Assembly (NCBI RefSeq): GCF_009914755.1
Contig: NC_060932.1
Strand: one strand, 5' to 3'
DNA length: 64,000 bases
Source: the human T2T-CHM13v2.0 reference genome, Homo sapiens
Below are positions 1 to 12,912 of this stretch, piece after piece. The notes beneath the pieces were generated by a model, which saw only the letters and a list, made by a program, of their open reading frames with translations, was not told the origin of the DNA and did no database searches. Position 1 is the first letter of the stretch; each line of letters begins with the position of its first letter. The position numbers and the translations under genes are program-made.

Positions 1-464
1 CTTCTTTGCACTATTTTTTTTTTTTTTTTTTTTTTGCATCTGATTTACTTCTCCCACTCAAAAGTAAGGCCCATGATTCAGGAGCCATCTGTCTTGTTCC
101 CTGTTGCATCCCAGTGCCTGCAGGGTGCCTTGGGCACACAGTCCATCTCCAATACACATTTGTTGAATAAATGAAGCAACAAAGAGATTGTTTTTAAAGA
201 AGGCATTTCTTGCCATTTGCAATATTCTCTGGGCTCTGTGGATGGCAAGGAAGTGTAAGAGGGGACATTTAAAAATTCTCCCCCACTGAAGACAGGAGTG
301 GCAGACACCAACCTCTAAAGAGGCAGAAACACTCAAAGCACCACACAAACAGAGATCTAACTAAAGTGCTTTTAATATGCAGCAGCTGTCAGAGAAGGCA
401 GGGCTAGAGGATGAACTTAACTGTAGTTAAAGTATCCCGCTCATCTGTAGGTATATAGTAAGAT

Positions 465-552
465 TTTTGTTGTGTTTTGTTTTATTTTATTTTTTGCGAC
501 AAGATCTCACTCTGTCACCCTGGCTGGAGTACAGTGGTATGATCACAGTTCA
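465..552 (-). mobile_element. Alu 3' fragment (AluJ/FLAM-like)
   Basis: T-rich tail then 'gacaagatctcactctgtcaccctggctggagtacagtggtatgatcacag', the reverse-complement Alu 3' end; truncated. Confidence 0.8.
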
Positions 553-917
553 TCCACCTGGAGGTAGGTTGATTTGCTTCTCTTCCCCAGCCAGTCACCA
601 AGACAGATTCATTGTTTCTGCTTATGAAATGCTCTGCAACCTGAACCCTTCTCTCTGCATCGTCTCTCCTTGCCTTGGGTCAAGCTCCCATCATCTCCTG
701 CGTCTAATCCCGCAGGCTTCCAACTAGCCTCGTCCCTCCAGAGTCTCCCACTGGAATCCTCTCTCCCCACTTCTGTAAGAGTGATCCTACCTAAAGTGTC
801 AATCTCCACTCCCCATCCCTGAAGTTCTTTTAGTAGCTTCTCGTGCCTCTTAAAATAAAGCACACATTCCTTCGTCAAGCATATAAATTCCTTTATGAGC
901 TTCCCCCTACGTACACA

Positions 918-1481
918 CGGTGGACAGTTTTCCAAGGTGGCCCAATGGTCCCCTTCTCCTGGTATTTACCCCCTGTGTCATCCCTTGCCATGGAATGTGA
1001 GTTAAATCTAGGGACACTCCTCTAGCAAATAGAATATGGCAAACAGAGTGGGATGTCATGTCTAAGGTTAGAAAGGACCTTGACTTCCATCTTGCTGGCA
1101 CCAGATAATTCTCTTGATCTCTTGTTTACTCACCCTGCTGGCAGCAGCTGTCCTGTTGGGTGCTGCCCCATAGAGAGGCCTACAGGGCCAGGAGCTGAGG
1201 GAGTTCTCAAGCCAGCAGCTAGTGCAGAAGCGAATCCTGCCAACAGCCACTTGAGTGAGCTTGGAGCAGATAATCCCCCTCACATCCATGGATGCTTGAG
1301 ATGACTGCAGCCCTGGCTGACACCTCAATTGCAGCCTCCTTAGAGATAAGAGCTGGAACCAGAGGCACCAGCTGAAGTGGGCCTGAATTCTTGTTCTACA
1401 GAGGCTGTGAGATGATAAACATTTGTTGCTTTAAGCTAGGTTTTAGGGCAGTTTATTAAGCAGTAATAGATAACTAATACA
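918..1481 (+). mobile_element. MaLR solo LTR (MLT1F/G/H-like)
   Basis: Start 'ggtggcccaatggtccccttctcctggtattt' and end 'gcagtaatagataactaataca' match MLT1 termini. Confidence 0.8.
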
Positions 1482-2059
1482 CTGAGTTTTCAACCTCACC
1501 TTGTACTCACTTCTATTATACCTGCACACCCAATACTCCTATCACACTGAACTTCTAGCAAGTCCCTAATACATCCTTCATCTTCAGACTTTTGTATATA
1601 TCATTTATTTCCTCTTTTGATGCCATTTATTAATTTCCAGCCTGGTAACACACGTTCCTTTATCAAAACCCATCTGTAGTAACACGGCTGTTCAGATGGC
1701 ACTTCCAGTCTACCAGGCAGCCACTCCTCTACACTCCCAAATGCTTCAGTGCATTTCACTTAGAGCACTTTGTGGTGCTGTGGTGGTTTATGGATGAAGT
1801 GTGCTCCTTTCATGCGCCTTCCCCACCCCCTTAATTCCCCTCCCTCACACTCCCTCTGCCTGGTCCCCTTCAGCCACTACACCCAGAATTCCTAGTCAGA
1901 AGGAACTCTGTGTTCGTCTTCTATCTCCATTACCTCACACAGGGCTTTGGGCATATCCACAATTTAGGATTTTCAGTAAACAGAATTCTAAAATTGACAT
2001 TGGAGGAATGAAACTCTCAAATCAATTTCCTCATGTGTAAAATAATAATAATAATAATA

Positions 2060-3381
2060 CAGTCATATGTTGCTTAATGATGGGGATACGTTCTAAGAAA
2101 TTCAACGTTAGACAATTTCAACACCCTTTGAACACCGCAGAGTGTACTTACACAAACCTAGAGAGTATAGCCTACTGCACACCTAGGCTGTATGATATCC
2201 TCTACTGCTTCTCGGCCACATACCTCTACAGCAGGTTACTAGACTGAATAGGTAGTTGTAACACAGTGGTAAGTATTGTTGCGGGAGTCCTTGCTCCCAG
2301 AGCTCCCAAGATGGTGGTGGGCTGCTTCCAAAATGGCGGCGGGCTGCTTCCAAGATGGTGGCAAGCCTCTTGTTCTCTGACGTGGGGTTCTTGGCCTCAC
2401 GGATTCCAAGGAATGGAATCTTGGGCCATGCCGTGCGTGTTATAGCTCTATTAGAAGCCGTGGGTCACGGAAGAGAACCGTGGAACCCAGTGACTAGTGT
2501 TCAGCTCCATTAGGACGAAGCTGGGCACTTAGCCGTGCAGGAACAATGGCAAGCCTTTAGCCGGATGGGGAGCAGCAATGGGCGCCTCAGTGGATCAGGA
2601 GCACAGCGGACACCCTGACGGATCCGGAGGGATGGATGTCAGTGGCGGGTCTGCCACGTTGACCAGCAGCAGTGGTGGATGGCAAGCAAAAGCTCAGTTC
2701 CAGCTGTAACAAACACGGACCAGTTGCAAGATTTAACAGAGTGAAAATAGAGCTCCCATACAAAGGGAGGCGACCCAAAGGGGGTTGCCGTTGCCAGCTT
2801 GAATGCCTGGGTTTATATCCTGATCATTGTCCCTCCTGCTGTGCTCTCAGACAATAGATGATTGGCTATTTCTTTACCTCCTGTTTTTGCCTAATTAGCA
2901 TTTTAGTGAGCTCTCTGATTGGTGAGGTGTGAGCTAACTTGCAAGCCCCGTGTTTAAAGGTGGACACGGTCAACTTCCCAGCTAAGTTTAGGGATTTTTA
3001 GTCAGCCTAGGAAATCCAGCTAGTCCTGTCTCTCAGTATCTGTGTATCTAAGCATAGAAAAGATTTGGTAAAAATAGGGTATAAGATAAAAAGATACACC
3101 TGTGTGGGGTCCTTACCATGGATGGAGCTTGAAGGACTGGAAGTTGCTCTGGGTGAGTCAGGGAGTGCATGGTGAGTGAATGTGAAGGCCTAGGACACTA
3201 CTGTACAACACTGTAGGCTTTATAAATATGGCACACTGAGGCTACACTAAATTTGCAGAAGGCAAAGAGGGAGCAGACACATAATATAGTGAAAGCAGAA
3301 GCAAGGAAGTGAGCTCTTATAGGACCACTGTCATGTTTGTGATCCATCATTGACTAAATGTTGTTATGCGGCACATGACTG
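2060..3381 (+). mobile_element. Tigger3/MER7 (TcMar-Tigger) DNA transposon, split by LTR17
   Basis: TIRs cagtcatatgttgcttaatga ... ttgttatgcggcacatgactg; preceded by TA; internal 'gagtgtacttacacaaacctaga' typical of Tigger3. Confidence 0.88.
2277..3035 (-). mobile_element. LTR17 (HERV-W) solo LTR
   Basis: Minus strand starts TGAGAGACAGGACTAGCTGGATTTCCTAGGC (HERV-W U3); TG..CA ends; perfect 4-bp TSD GTAT at 2273-2276 and 3036-3039; TATA (GATATAAA on minus) at 2812-2819. Confidence 0.93.
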
Positions 3382-3479
3382 TCATAATAGTAAAATAAGA
3401 ATATAACATAATCATAATAATAACAAAACAATATGGTCACGATAATAGTAATGTTATAATGATACTCTTAATAAAATAT

Positions 3480-3667
3480 TATTATTAACGTATCCACGAG
3501 CCTGGCTCTGCACTAAATGCTTTTAGATACACTATCACTAAATCTCAAGATACCCTGTAGGGTAATTAAATTATATCCGTTTCACCCAGGCTCAGGGAGG
3601 TTAAATAACTTGTCTGAAGCCTCAGAACTAATGGTGAAGCTGGGATTCAGTCCCAGAGCTGCCTGAT
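3480..3667 (-). mobile_element. MIR
   Basis: 'ggctcagggaggttaaataacttgtctgaag...gctgggattcagtcccag' MIR core. Confidence 0.7.
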
Positions 3668-5663
3668 TATCCTGTAAGTTCTCCTTTCTTTACAAACTTT
3701 AAATAAAGGGCATCCAAGAAGATATTGTTGAGGAAGACCCGGAGAGCTCTTATGAACGTGAATGGCAGATTCCTGCCCAGGGTTCCAGGAACAAACAGTA
3801 GGTGAAGATCACCATGGTGCTGACGGATGGAGTAAAAAACTAGAGAATGACTTAAGAAGATCAGTAAATACGTAGGGGTGGCACGCAGGAGTGGAACAGT
3901 ATGTCCTGGTGAAGGCACAGTGGGACCTCAAAATCTATTAGAAAAATGCTCCCCAAGGCCTGAAGTTGAGCTGTGGATGCAACGGGCTTGACTGGTGCTT
4001 AGATAGATGCAGGTTAGAGCCACACTTGAAAAGGTTGCACCCGGCCTTGGGAATTTTGATGAGCTTTTAAAATTCAGTGGACACCAGCACCAAAATCTTA
4101 ATCTGAGTTTTGCTGCACATACTGGAAAGCAGGAAGCTCTCATCACGTGGAACCAGCCGCATCATTACTGCCAGTAACGACGGTAATGACCCCTGCCACT
4201 CCGCGCGCTTTCTGCTCGTCAATGGCTTCCCAGAGTTTCTCTTGGGAAAACCTTTCTCCATTACCCTCTGTCACCTGGTTCAGAAAGGTCTCAACCCAAG
4301 CACTAGAGATGATCTAGGACAACGTTCAAGGGGAGGAATTTTCCTTCCAGCAGATTTGAACAATTGTGACGTCAGTACCAGGTCAACCAATCAAAGCGCT
4401 CAACCCAGACTGTCAAATCCGGAAACACTTGGGCCCAAGGGCAGAGATACGTTTTCCCTCCGGTGGCATGGTATTTCACATCTATTTTAAACTGTTATTT
4501 CAAATTAGTAAACAGGATTGAGCAAACAGTTGTTGCTGTTCCGCTTTAAGTCTGTTTTCTTTTTCAAAATTATCCCTTTCACTTATCTCTCTCTCCTCCC
4601 CCGCTTAAGCAGGGCTATTGAAAAGCAAATTTCTTGGAGAGCTTGGGGAGATGGGTGTTGAGAATTAGCATATCAAACATACCCAGTAAACCGAATGGAA
4701 ATTAGCAGAATCCCGACTCAGACATCTAGTCGCTGTACTAAATTGAGGTTAATGTGATCCTGTCCTTTCTGGTTTAAACAAAGATAGGGAAATCTAGTAA
4801 ATTCTATTCCATCTCCCTCTGAGCCCATAGGTATCCCTCCCCAGTGGTGAAAATAAAAACAACATAAAGAAAAGGAGAGGGGGAAAAAAAGGAAAAGGAG
4901 AAAAAAGATCCCAAACATGTTAGTGGAATATATGTGTATATTCCCTGATATATAACTTAATAAAAGTTTATGGACCCAGGATACGGAAGCCACACTGAAC
5001 AGATGCACTGGGACTGAAATATGGTCCAATTAAGTCTGTAACAGGGTGAGCTTTACTTTGAACATTCTCCAAGTTGAGATGAAAGCTTCCCAGAACAGAT
5101 AAATCAGGCGACATAAAATAAAAAGGCTGATCCAGCAGTGCTCCCAAAAGGAGGGAAGGAGGAGGTAGTCAGATTGGAGGGGCTTGTTGGGCTGGATGGG
5201 GAGGTGAGGAAAAGAGGGTAGGGGTGGAAATTCAGGCAGTCCTTTCTACTGGGTGCTCAAAACAGTTGCCGGCTCTGTGATAGTAAATAAACAACAGCTA
5301 TTTAAACCACTCCAATTAATGCCTTCTTTGGAAGCTATTTGTCTATGGAAGAGATGGCAGGGATTGCCTGGTGCAATTAAGCTGTTTGCTAGTAGTGCCT
5401 TCAAAAATAATTTGCTGTAGCCATGGAGTCATCTGTGGTTCATGGCCAACCTTCTTGCTGAGGGAGGGGCTCGAGCATAGAGACTGGATGTCCTGCTCTC
5501 CCTTCCTGCACTGCCCACCTCCGCACCAGCTAAGCATCAAAGCTAAGCTCAGGCTTACCTCCTCCAGGAAGCCTTCACTGCCTGTCTGGATCTTTAGACA
5601 ATACATAGAATTCCTTCTTGTTTCCCTGCAGAAGGCACCAAGGGTGATCTTAACAAGTCCTCA

Positions 5664-6287
5664 TGTTATGGAAAAGAGTCCCAGTCCAGACCCCAAGAGA
5701 TGGTTCTTGAATCTCATGCAAGAAAGAATTCAAGACAAGTCCATAGAGTAAAGTGAAAGTAAGTTTATGAAGAAAGTAAAGGAATATAGAAAGGCTATTC
5801 CATAGGCAGAGCAGAAACTTGAGCTGCTGGTTGGCCATTTTTATGGGTTTTTTTTTGATGATATGCTAAAGAAGGGGTGGATTATTAATAAGTTTTCCAG
5901 GAAAGGGGTGGGCAATTCCCAGAACTGAGGGTTCTTCCCCCTTTTAGACCATATAGGGTAACTTCCTGTTGTTGTCATTGCATCTGTAAACTGTCAGCGT
6001 GCTGGTAGAGGTGTCTTTTAACATGCTAATGCATTATAATTAGCGTATAACGAACAATGAGGACAACCAGAGGTCACTCTCCTTGCCATCTCGTCTTTGG
6101 CTGGCTTCTTTACCACAACCTGTTTTATCAGCAAGGTCTTTATAACCTGTATCTTGTGCTGAACTCCTATCTCATCCTGTGACTTAGAATGCCTTAACTT
6201 TCTGGGAATACAGCCTAGTAGGTCTCAGCCTCATTTTACCGAGCCCCTACTCAAGATGGAGTCGCTCTGGTTGAAAGGCCTCTGACA
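5664..6287 (-). mobile_element. MER41B solo LTR (ERV1)
   Basis: Minus strand starts TGTCAGAGGCCTTTCAACCAGAGCGACTCCATCTTGA (MER41 5' end); TSD CTCA/CTCG; tandem GAS motifs characteristic of MER41B. Confidence 0.9.
5895..5924. promoter_or_regulatory. Tandem STAT1 GAS motifs in MER41B
   Basis: TTCCAGGAA at 5895-5903 and TTCCCAGAA at 5916-5924. Confidence 0.65.
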
Positions 6288-6299
6288 CTCGTATCAACC

Positions 6300-6500
6300 A
6301 TCAGATCTAGGTTCGAATCTCTGCGCTGTCTCTTTCTTCCTGTGGGATCATGGGTGAAGTCTTCACTCAGATTCTGATTCCTGCCTGTAAAACACAATGC
6401 CTATTTCACATATTGCTGGGGTGAGGGTTCAATGAGATAATACATAGAAATGGCATTGTGTAGTGCCAGGCACATAGCTGGAGGTCAAGCCGTTTTAGTT
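6300..6500 (+). mobile_element. MIR
   Basis: 'ggttcgaatctctgc...ctgtaaaa...gagataatacatagaaa...gtgccaggcacatag'. Confidence 0.65.
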
Positions 6501-8339
6501 CCTTGTCTCAATCTCCTTCCTTTGTTAAATGGGAATCAAATCCACTGTATTTATCCCTGGGATTTAGCAAAGCTGTCTTGATTTTTATCTTTCAGAATGT
6601 ACAATGGTTTGCTCATTGGAAATATTTTTGAGTCTCTGTGAGACAGTCCATCTAGGTGTGATGCTTACCCCTTTATCCATAAGTAGGCAACCTTAGGCTG
6701 CTCTCTAATCCCTTAAAGCATCATTTTGCTCTTCTATAAAATAGCAATAATAATAATAATAGCAATAATAGTAATATCTTCCACACCACATTTTTGTGAC
6801 CATCCAGCATAGTCTTGCATAGTAAGGATGAGGCATGTTGGTGCTCCGTAACTGCTAGCTCAGGTTATTCTCTCCTTACTAGAACTATCTCTAAGCCTCA
6901 TAGAAGTTGAATCAATTTCCCTAGGTACCAGAGAGCATGTTGTAGAGCAAGAGTGCCCCAGCTAATCTCTAGCTCTTCCCGAAATTTATGTTGTCCTCTG
7001 ATGGACAGCTGAGCTTTTCAAGAGAAGGGTCTGTGTCTGCTGTGTCTTTGTATCTCCCAGGGTTTGCTGAACTCTAGGGACATCTAGAGACTAAATGCAC
7101 CTTTAGTGAATTAAAATATGCCATGTAGGGCATCTTCGAGGAGGTCAGTTTTCTTCCATAGTTAATAGGGGAAGCCTTTTGTCAGGATCCCAGTGCTAAG
7201 CAAATGGCCTGTCTTTGGGGCATCCAGTGTCTTCTCTCCTTGCTTTTTCCAGAGCATCTTTCCTCAGTCAGGAACACATCTCATGTTGTCCTCATCCCTT
7301 CATGGCCTCAGAGAAAAGACAAGGTCATTGGTCCTTGGTGCCCTCTGCCAGGGGCCTCTGTGTCTAAGTCTGAGCTCACCTTATGGAGTGAAAGCCTTCA
7401 CTCTGTGATAGTAGAATCCTGTGCCCATGGCCAGGCAGGAAACTTCCTGACACTTGACAAGACTTTGGGCATTCACAGTTAATCCCAGGTGTGAAGAGAG
7501 GGTTCTATATAATGACCTGCCTGCAGTCATGGGAGCTGTGGTTCCAGTCTGCCATCTGTGCTCTGTGACTGTCTATCCACCAGCGATTGAGTTTTAAGGA
7601 GAATGTCAAGGTCCAGGCTGGAATAACCTGGCTGGGAAGTTAGAACATCAGGGCCCCCACAGAATCATTGTGGAACTCTGATCTGCAAAACTGGTTGAAG
7701 TAGATTGAGGTAGACAGTGGAGCCAGCTCCAAGTTCTTTGGTCTTTCCCCTCCCTGCCCATGAAAGATCCTTAGAAAGCCACCAGCACTCCCAGAAGCTA
7801 ACCTTGAAAACCACTGACTCTCCCAATGCTCCACTCAGCTCTTCCGTCTATGATCAAGACAGATCATAATTGGACATCTGCCCTTGGGCTCCAGATGCCC
7901 ACCTTCATGGTGTGATTTGCAGATGAGGTCGGGGCATCAAATTAGATCCCCAGGGCCTGTCACATAACCTGAAAGTCCAAGGTTCCAGATATACTCCTTA
8001 AGTTTTCTAGGTTTACTTTGCTAGTGGCCCCTTTAACATGTAAGTGGGCTGACCTTATGCCCATGTCTGGGTCCTCTTGAAAAGGATTTGTGTACTTGCA
8101 AGTCCTGGGCAAGGCTCTGGGGAGGAGGGGGGAGTCCAGGAGAAAGGGAACGAGTGACATGGAAAGTAAAGAGAACTTCCCTGTTCATAGGTCGTTTTAG
8201 AACAGTCCTATGGGAGGAGACATTGCAGATCAAAGGGTTAACGCTTCCTTGGCATCTACTCTGTGTGAAGTTATCTGATTTAATCCCTAAAATAACCCTA
8301 TAAGACAGATACCACCTATCTTCTCTAACCAATATATGA

Positions 8340-8445
8340 TAGTATAAACTCCATGAGTGGAGAACATTTGTTTTATTCATTACTGGATTCCCAGCATCTA
8401 GGACAGCCTCTCTCTGCTCAATAAACATGTGTTGAATGAATGACT
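8340..8445 (+). mobile_element. L2 3' end
   Basis: 'ctcaataaacatgtgttgaatgaatga' L2 terminus. Confidence 0.7.
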
Positions 8446-8449
8446 CATA

Positions 8450-8880
8450 GCTACATTTTCCTGATGAGAAAACTGAGGCACAGAAATATTTATTGATGGT
8501 CATAGGTCACATAGCTGGCAAATGGGGGAGGCAGGATCCAAACGACATCTCCCTGACCCCAAAGCCCGTGTTTCTCCACATGCATTTGCTTGTGATTCTG
8601 TCTCTACATGTGCCCAACTTGAAGCAGGGCTGCAGGCCCATATACTCACCGTGCAGCACCAGTGAGACCACCGTTGAGTTTTTGCTACTAGTTTGGTGAA
8701 GCAGAATGGGGCTCTGGACTGAGATTCAGGGGTGCAGTCGTGTGGCCTCCCCCATAATCCCCTGTGTAAACCCTGCATATGCTCACTTGTTCCTGGGCTA
8801 TAGTTCCTTGTCTGCCAAATGGGGGTCACCATAGCCTCCTCACCGACCTCTCAGATAGGGTCAGAGAAGCAAATGAGACT
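8450..8880. mobile_element. Two MIR fragments in opposite orientation (8450-8580 minus, 8690-8880 plus)
   Basis: 'gatgagaaaactgaggcacag' and 'agttccttgtctgccaaatgggg' MIR cores. Confidence 0.6.
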
Positions 8881-9459
8881 GAGGGGGGAATGGGAGTCAA
8901 AACACCATAAAGCCATAAACACACTTATTTAAAGGAAAATTGTTCAATATGAGAGCCTGCAGCTTCCCCAATAAAGAGAAATTTACAGAAAGGTAGAGAA
9001 AGGTGAATTGCTCTCATCATGTTCTGACTGTGGTAATTGGCCTAGTTATTTGCTGCTTCATTCTGAACCCCTTCCCTCCCGACTTCTCCAAGAAAAGGAG
9101 ATTATTTTTAATTACAGTTTTACACTGGATTAATGAATCTCCACAATAAGTTAATGAGCAGGACACGGCACCGGGAGACAACACGTTTGATTGCTTTTGG
9201 AGACTTTCGTAAGGTTCATTATTTCCAGGCTGTCCCTACAGAGCCACCGTGACCTGGGTGAGGGGAGCCAGAAGGACACCCAGGATCTCTGAGCCATTAC
9301 ATTTATGATACCTGGGCCATGGCCACATTAAAGCCTGCTGGAGAGTGGCTGGCTTGGCTGTTCTCCAAGGGAGAAATTCACCTGATACAACCTAGTAGCC
9401 TAAGGTCTCCCTAATAAGTACTGTAGAGTGAAAAGAAATATCCTTGCCTCTCTGTGCCC

Positions 9460-10035
9460 TCCATTACCATTTTTGTTTAGATTCTTCTCATCAGATGTCT
9501 GGTCTTGCAAGGAGCTCCTAACAGGTGCTCCAGTGTAACTTCCCTTAAAATCCTCCAATGGTTCCCCATGGCCGAAAGGATAAAATCCAAACTCCTTAGT
9601 TCATTAGGATCTGAGTTTTGCTTCCCTCTCTGGAGAAACTACACGAGCCTCCTCTTTCGGGCCTCTGAGCGTTTAAGTGTTGTTCCTACCGACTACAGCA
9701 TCTTTTCTTTTTCTACCTTCCTGAGTAAATCTTACTTACCCCTTGGGACAAATTAACTGGGAAGCGTTGTCTGCTGCTCTGAAGCAGTTTGGGACCTCTA
9801 CAACACTCTCACAGCACCACCCTCAGAGGCCTTTACAAGGCTGATTCTCTTGCCTGCTGTTCCCTTGTCTACACAGCTGCCTTCCCTGCCCAGCCAGATC
9901 ATAAACTTGTGAGCACAGTTGCACAGTCTTCCATATTCACCTTTGTGTCCTCTGCCCTGGTGTAGATACACAGCAGATTCTCAGCGAACGTGGGTTTCAT
10001 TTGATTAAGGAGCAAGTGAATGACTGAATGAAGGA
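9460..10035 (+). mobile_element. L2 fragment
   Basis: 'cttaaaatcctccaatggttccccat...ggataaaatccaaactcctt' and L2-like 3' end. Confidence 0.7.
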
Positions 10036-10169
10036 ATTAGTGAAGGACCTCTCCTCTCTGAGTGGAGGAGATTACTTGCCTTTGGTTTCTCTCCCATGTG
10101 ACACCCCTGGAGTTGTGTTTCTTGAAAACCTGAATTCTGTCCTCCAGGCTGCCAGTCATTAGTTCACTG

Positions 10170-10558
10170 TAGCTGTCAAGAGAGACTAGATTTTGCTGCA
10201 ATAACAAGTATTCCCTGGTTTTCAGTGGCTTAACACAAGAGAAATCTTTTTCTCGCCCTTCCGCATGTCCATTGTGAGTAAGCTGGGAGGGCTCCATTCC
10301 ATGCAGTAACTCAGAGACCCAGGAGGCAGGGGCTCTGCCATATTGTAGCTGCACCATCTGGGAGCCCTCTTGGTTGCACTGGCAGGGGCAGAGAAAGACT
10401 AGAGAATGGCATGAGGGATTTTTGCTGCCTCAATCTGGAAGCAATGAAGACTTACATTTCACTGGTGAGAGATAGTTATGAGGCCCCACCAACTGCAGAA
10501 GGTTACGAAATGCAAGGTAGCCAGGAAAACATTTCATGAGTGTTACCATCTCTACCAC
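10170..10558 (-). mobile_element. Old MaLR LTR (MLT1J/K/L-like)
   Basis: 'gctgcaataacaa...cagtggcttaacacaa...actcagagacccagg'. Confidence 0.65.
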
Positions 10559-10924
10559 TGTCTTAGTCTGTTCGGGCCGCTTTAATAAAATATCAGAGAC
10601 TGGGTAGCTATAAACACCAGAAATTTATTTCTCACAGTTCTGGATGCTGGGAAGTCCCAGATCAAGGGACCAGTGGATTTGGTCTGGTGAGAGCCCATTT
10701 CCTGGTTTATAGATGGCGCCTTCTAATTGCGTCCTCACAAGGTGGAAGAGGCAAACAAGTTCCCTGGGGCCTCTTTTATCAGGGCACAAATCCTATTCAT
10801 GTGGGCTTTTCCCTCATTATCCAATCACCTACAAAGTCCCCATCTATTGATACAATTACCTTGGGAAGAGGGTATGATTTTTACTTACGAATTTTGGGGG
10901 ACCACAAACATTAAGATTGTAATA
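10559..10924 (-). mobile_element. MLT1A-type solo LTR
   Basis: 'tgtcttagtctgttcgggc...atttatttctcacagttctgga'; 5-bp TSD accac/gccac. Confidence 0.85.
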
Positions 10925-12518
10925 GCCACATTCACCTCAATCAAGTCCCTTTCCATCCCTGGATTCAAAGAATACAATGTCCAACTTTAATCATTCTATA
11001 AATGGGGAAACAGAGACTGCCTTCCATCTGAGATCCATGGTTTAAATTAACTCTAAAAGTAGACAAATATCAGGGTATTTCTGAGCCTTTATAGACACAA
11101 CCAAATGGCTTCCCCTGAGTCCCTGAATCTGTCCCCTAGACCAGCAAGGACAGCTCATTGCATCTGTGGCTTCTGCCTCCATGGGGTTATCTCATTTTCT
11201 ATCCCCTAATGGCTTCAGGGAAGGATGGTTCTTTACTCTTCTACATACTCATCTCCCTGCATTCTTTCCTTTAGGATGTTATGTGCCCATCTTCCTTGAA
11301 ATCAGTCTTGCATAGCGTCCTGTGCCTTTAAGCATATCATTGAGTGTCATGGAAGAAAGTCCCATGGTGAGAGCTACACACAAAGGACATTTTTAGGAGT
11401 ATGGCTTGTCTTGATCTCCTGCTTCATGTCACTTTGTATGTATGCTGCCTTTCCAGACCCATAATACACAAACCATGTGACATCCCCCTTTCAAATTGGC
11501 TTAGGATTTTAGAGCTCAACTGCAGCCTTGTCCAAGGGAGGGAAAAAAAAGGGGGAAGGAAACTGCCCATCTAGTGTTTTGCCCACAGCAGGATAAAATG
11601 TAGCACGAAGACAGAGTAAGTCACAGAATAGCTGTAATTCGGCACCCACAACATTCTGGTTATCCTAGCAAATGAAAGCTCCAGAGCCTATGAGGCCCAA
11701 GGAGGACGCACGCCATATGTGGTTACCGAGGTTCGGAGGTTTATTTTTAGAATAACAGCTTGGTGGGTTGTTACGTCAGTTTGGCCTGAGACAGAACCCT
11801 GGAAAAAATGCTGTCTCAATCAGCACTGAAGCTGTTTGTGTCTATAGGGATTTGTTGTGAGAATGATTAATAAGCCAACATGTTTTTATTGGGTTCATTG
11901 TCTGTTTTCTATTTTAAAGAGGCAAAACCACACACAATGTTTTCTGTGCCCTCCAGCGGCTTCCATTTGGGTTAAGGGAGGCCAGCACATGCCATTAAGA
12001 GGCAACTTGAAATCCAGACCAAAATGTATTGCTCGCTGTGCTGGGAGGAGCTAGGAGGGACACTGTGGGCTGAGGAAATCAGGGAAGGCTAATGGGATAG
12101 GCAGACCAAAGTAATGGCAAAAAGGCAAAAAGCTGCTTGAAAGGACCATTTATACAGCATAGCAACTGCATGGTGGTGAAATTACACAAGGCCTTGGATG
12201 GCTATTGAATGATCAGCCAACTGGCTCAGGCTCACATCAAGGAACAGCAGAAGATGGAAGGGACAGATCCCCAGGCCAGTTAAAAGTAATATTTTCTCCT
12301 CTAAACCTGAAATACATCCCTGCTTAATGCTCATGACCTTCTCCTTCACTTACATTCTTCGAGTTTGAGGCTTACCTTTATTTACCGAATTGTAGCACTG
12401 TGAGGAATATTGCGTTCTCCCTCCCATTAGGCCAAGCATATTGCCTTATATTTAGCAAGCATGCGGTAAATATGCATTGCATTGAATGGAATGAAATTGC
12501 ATTGCAGCTAGATTTTGA

Positions 12519-12912
<394 letters not shown>

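Noticed and set aside
2300-2365. Tandem 'gggctgcttccaa(a/g)atgg' repeat
   Set aside because: Lies within LTR17 U5 and is probably a normal family feature
4110-4490. 126-aa ORF over the CpG-retaining block
   Set aside because: Non-ATG start, no recognisable homology; better explained as regulatory DNA
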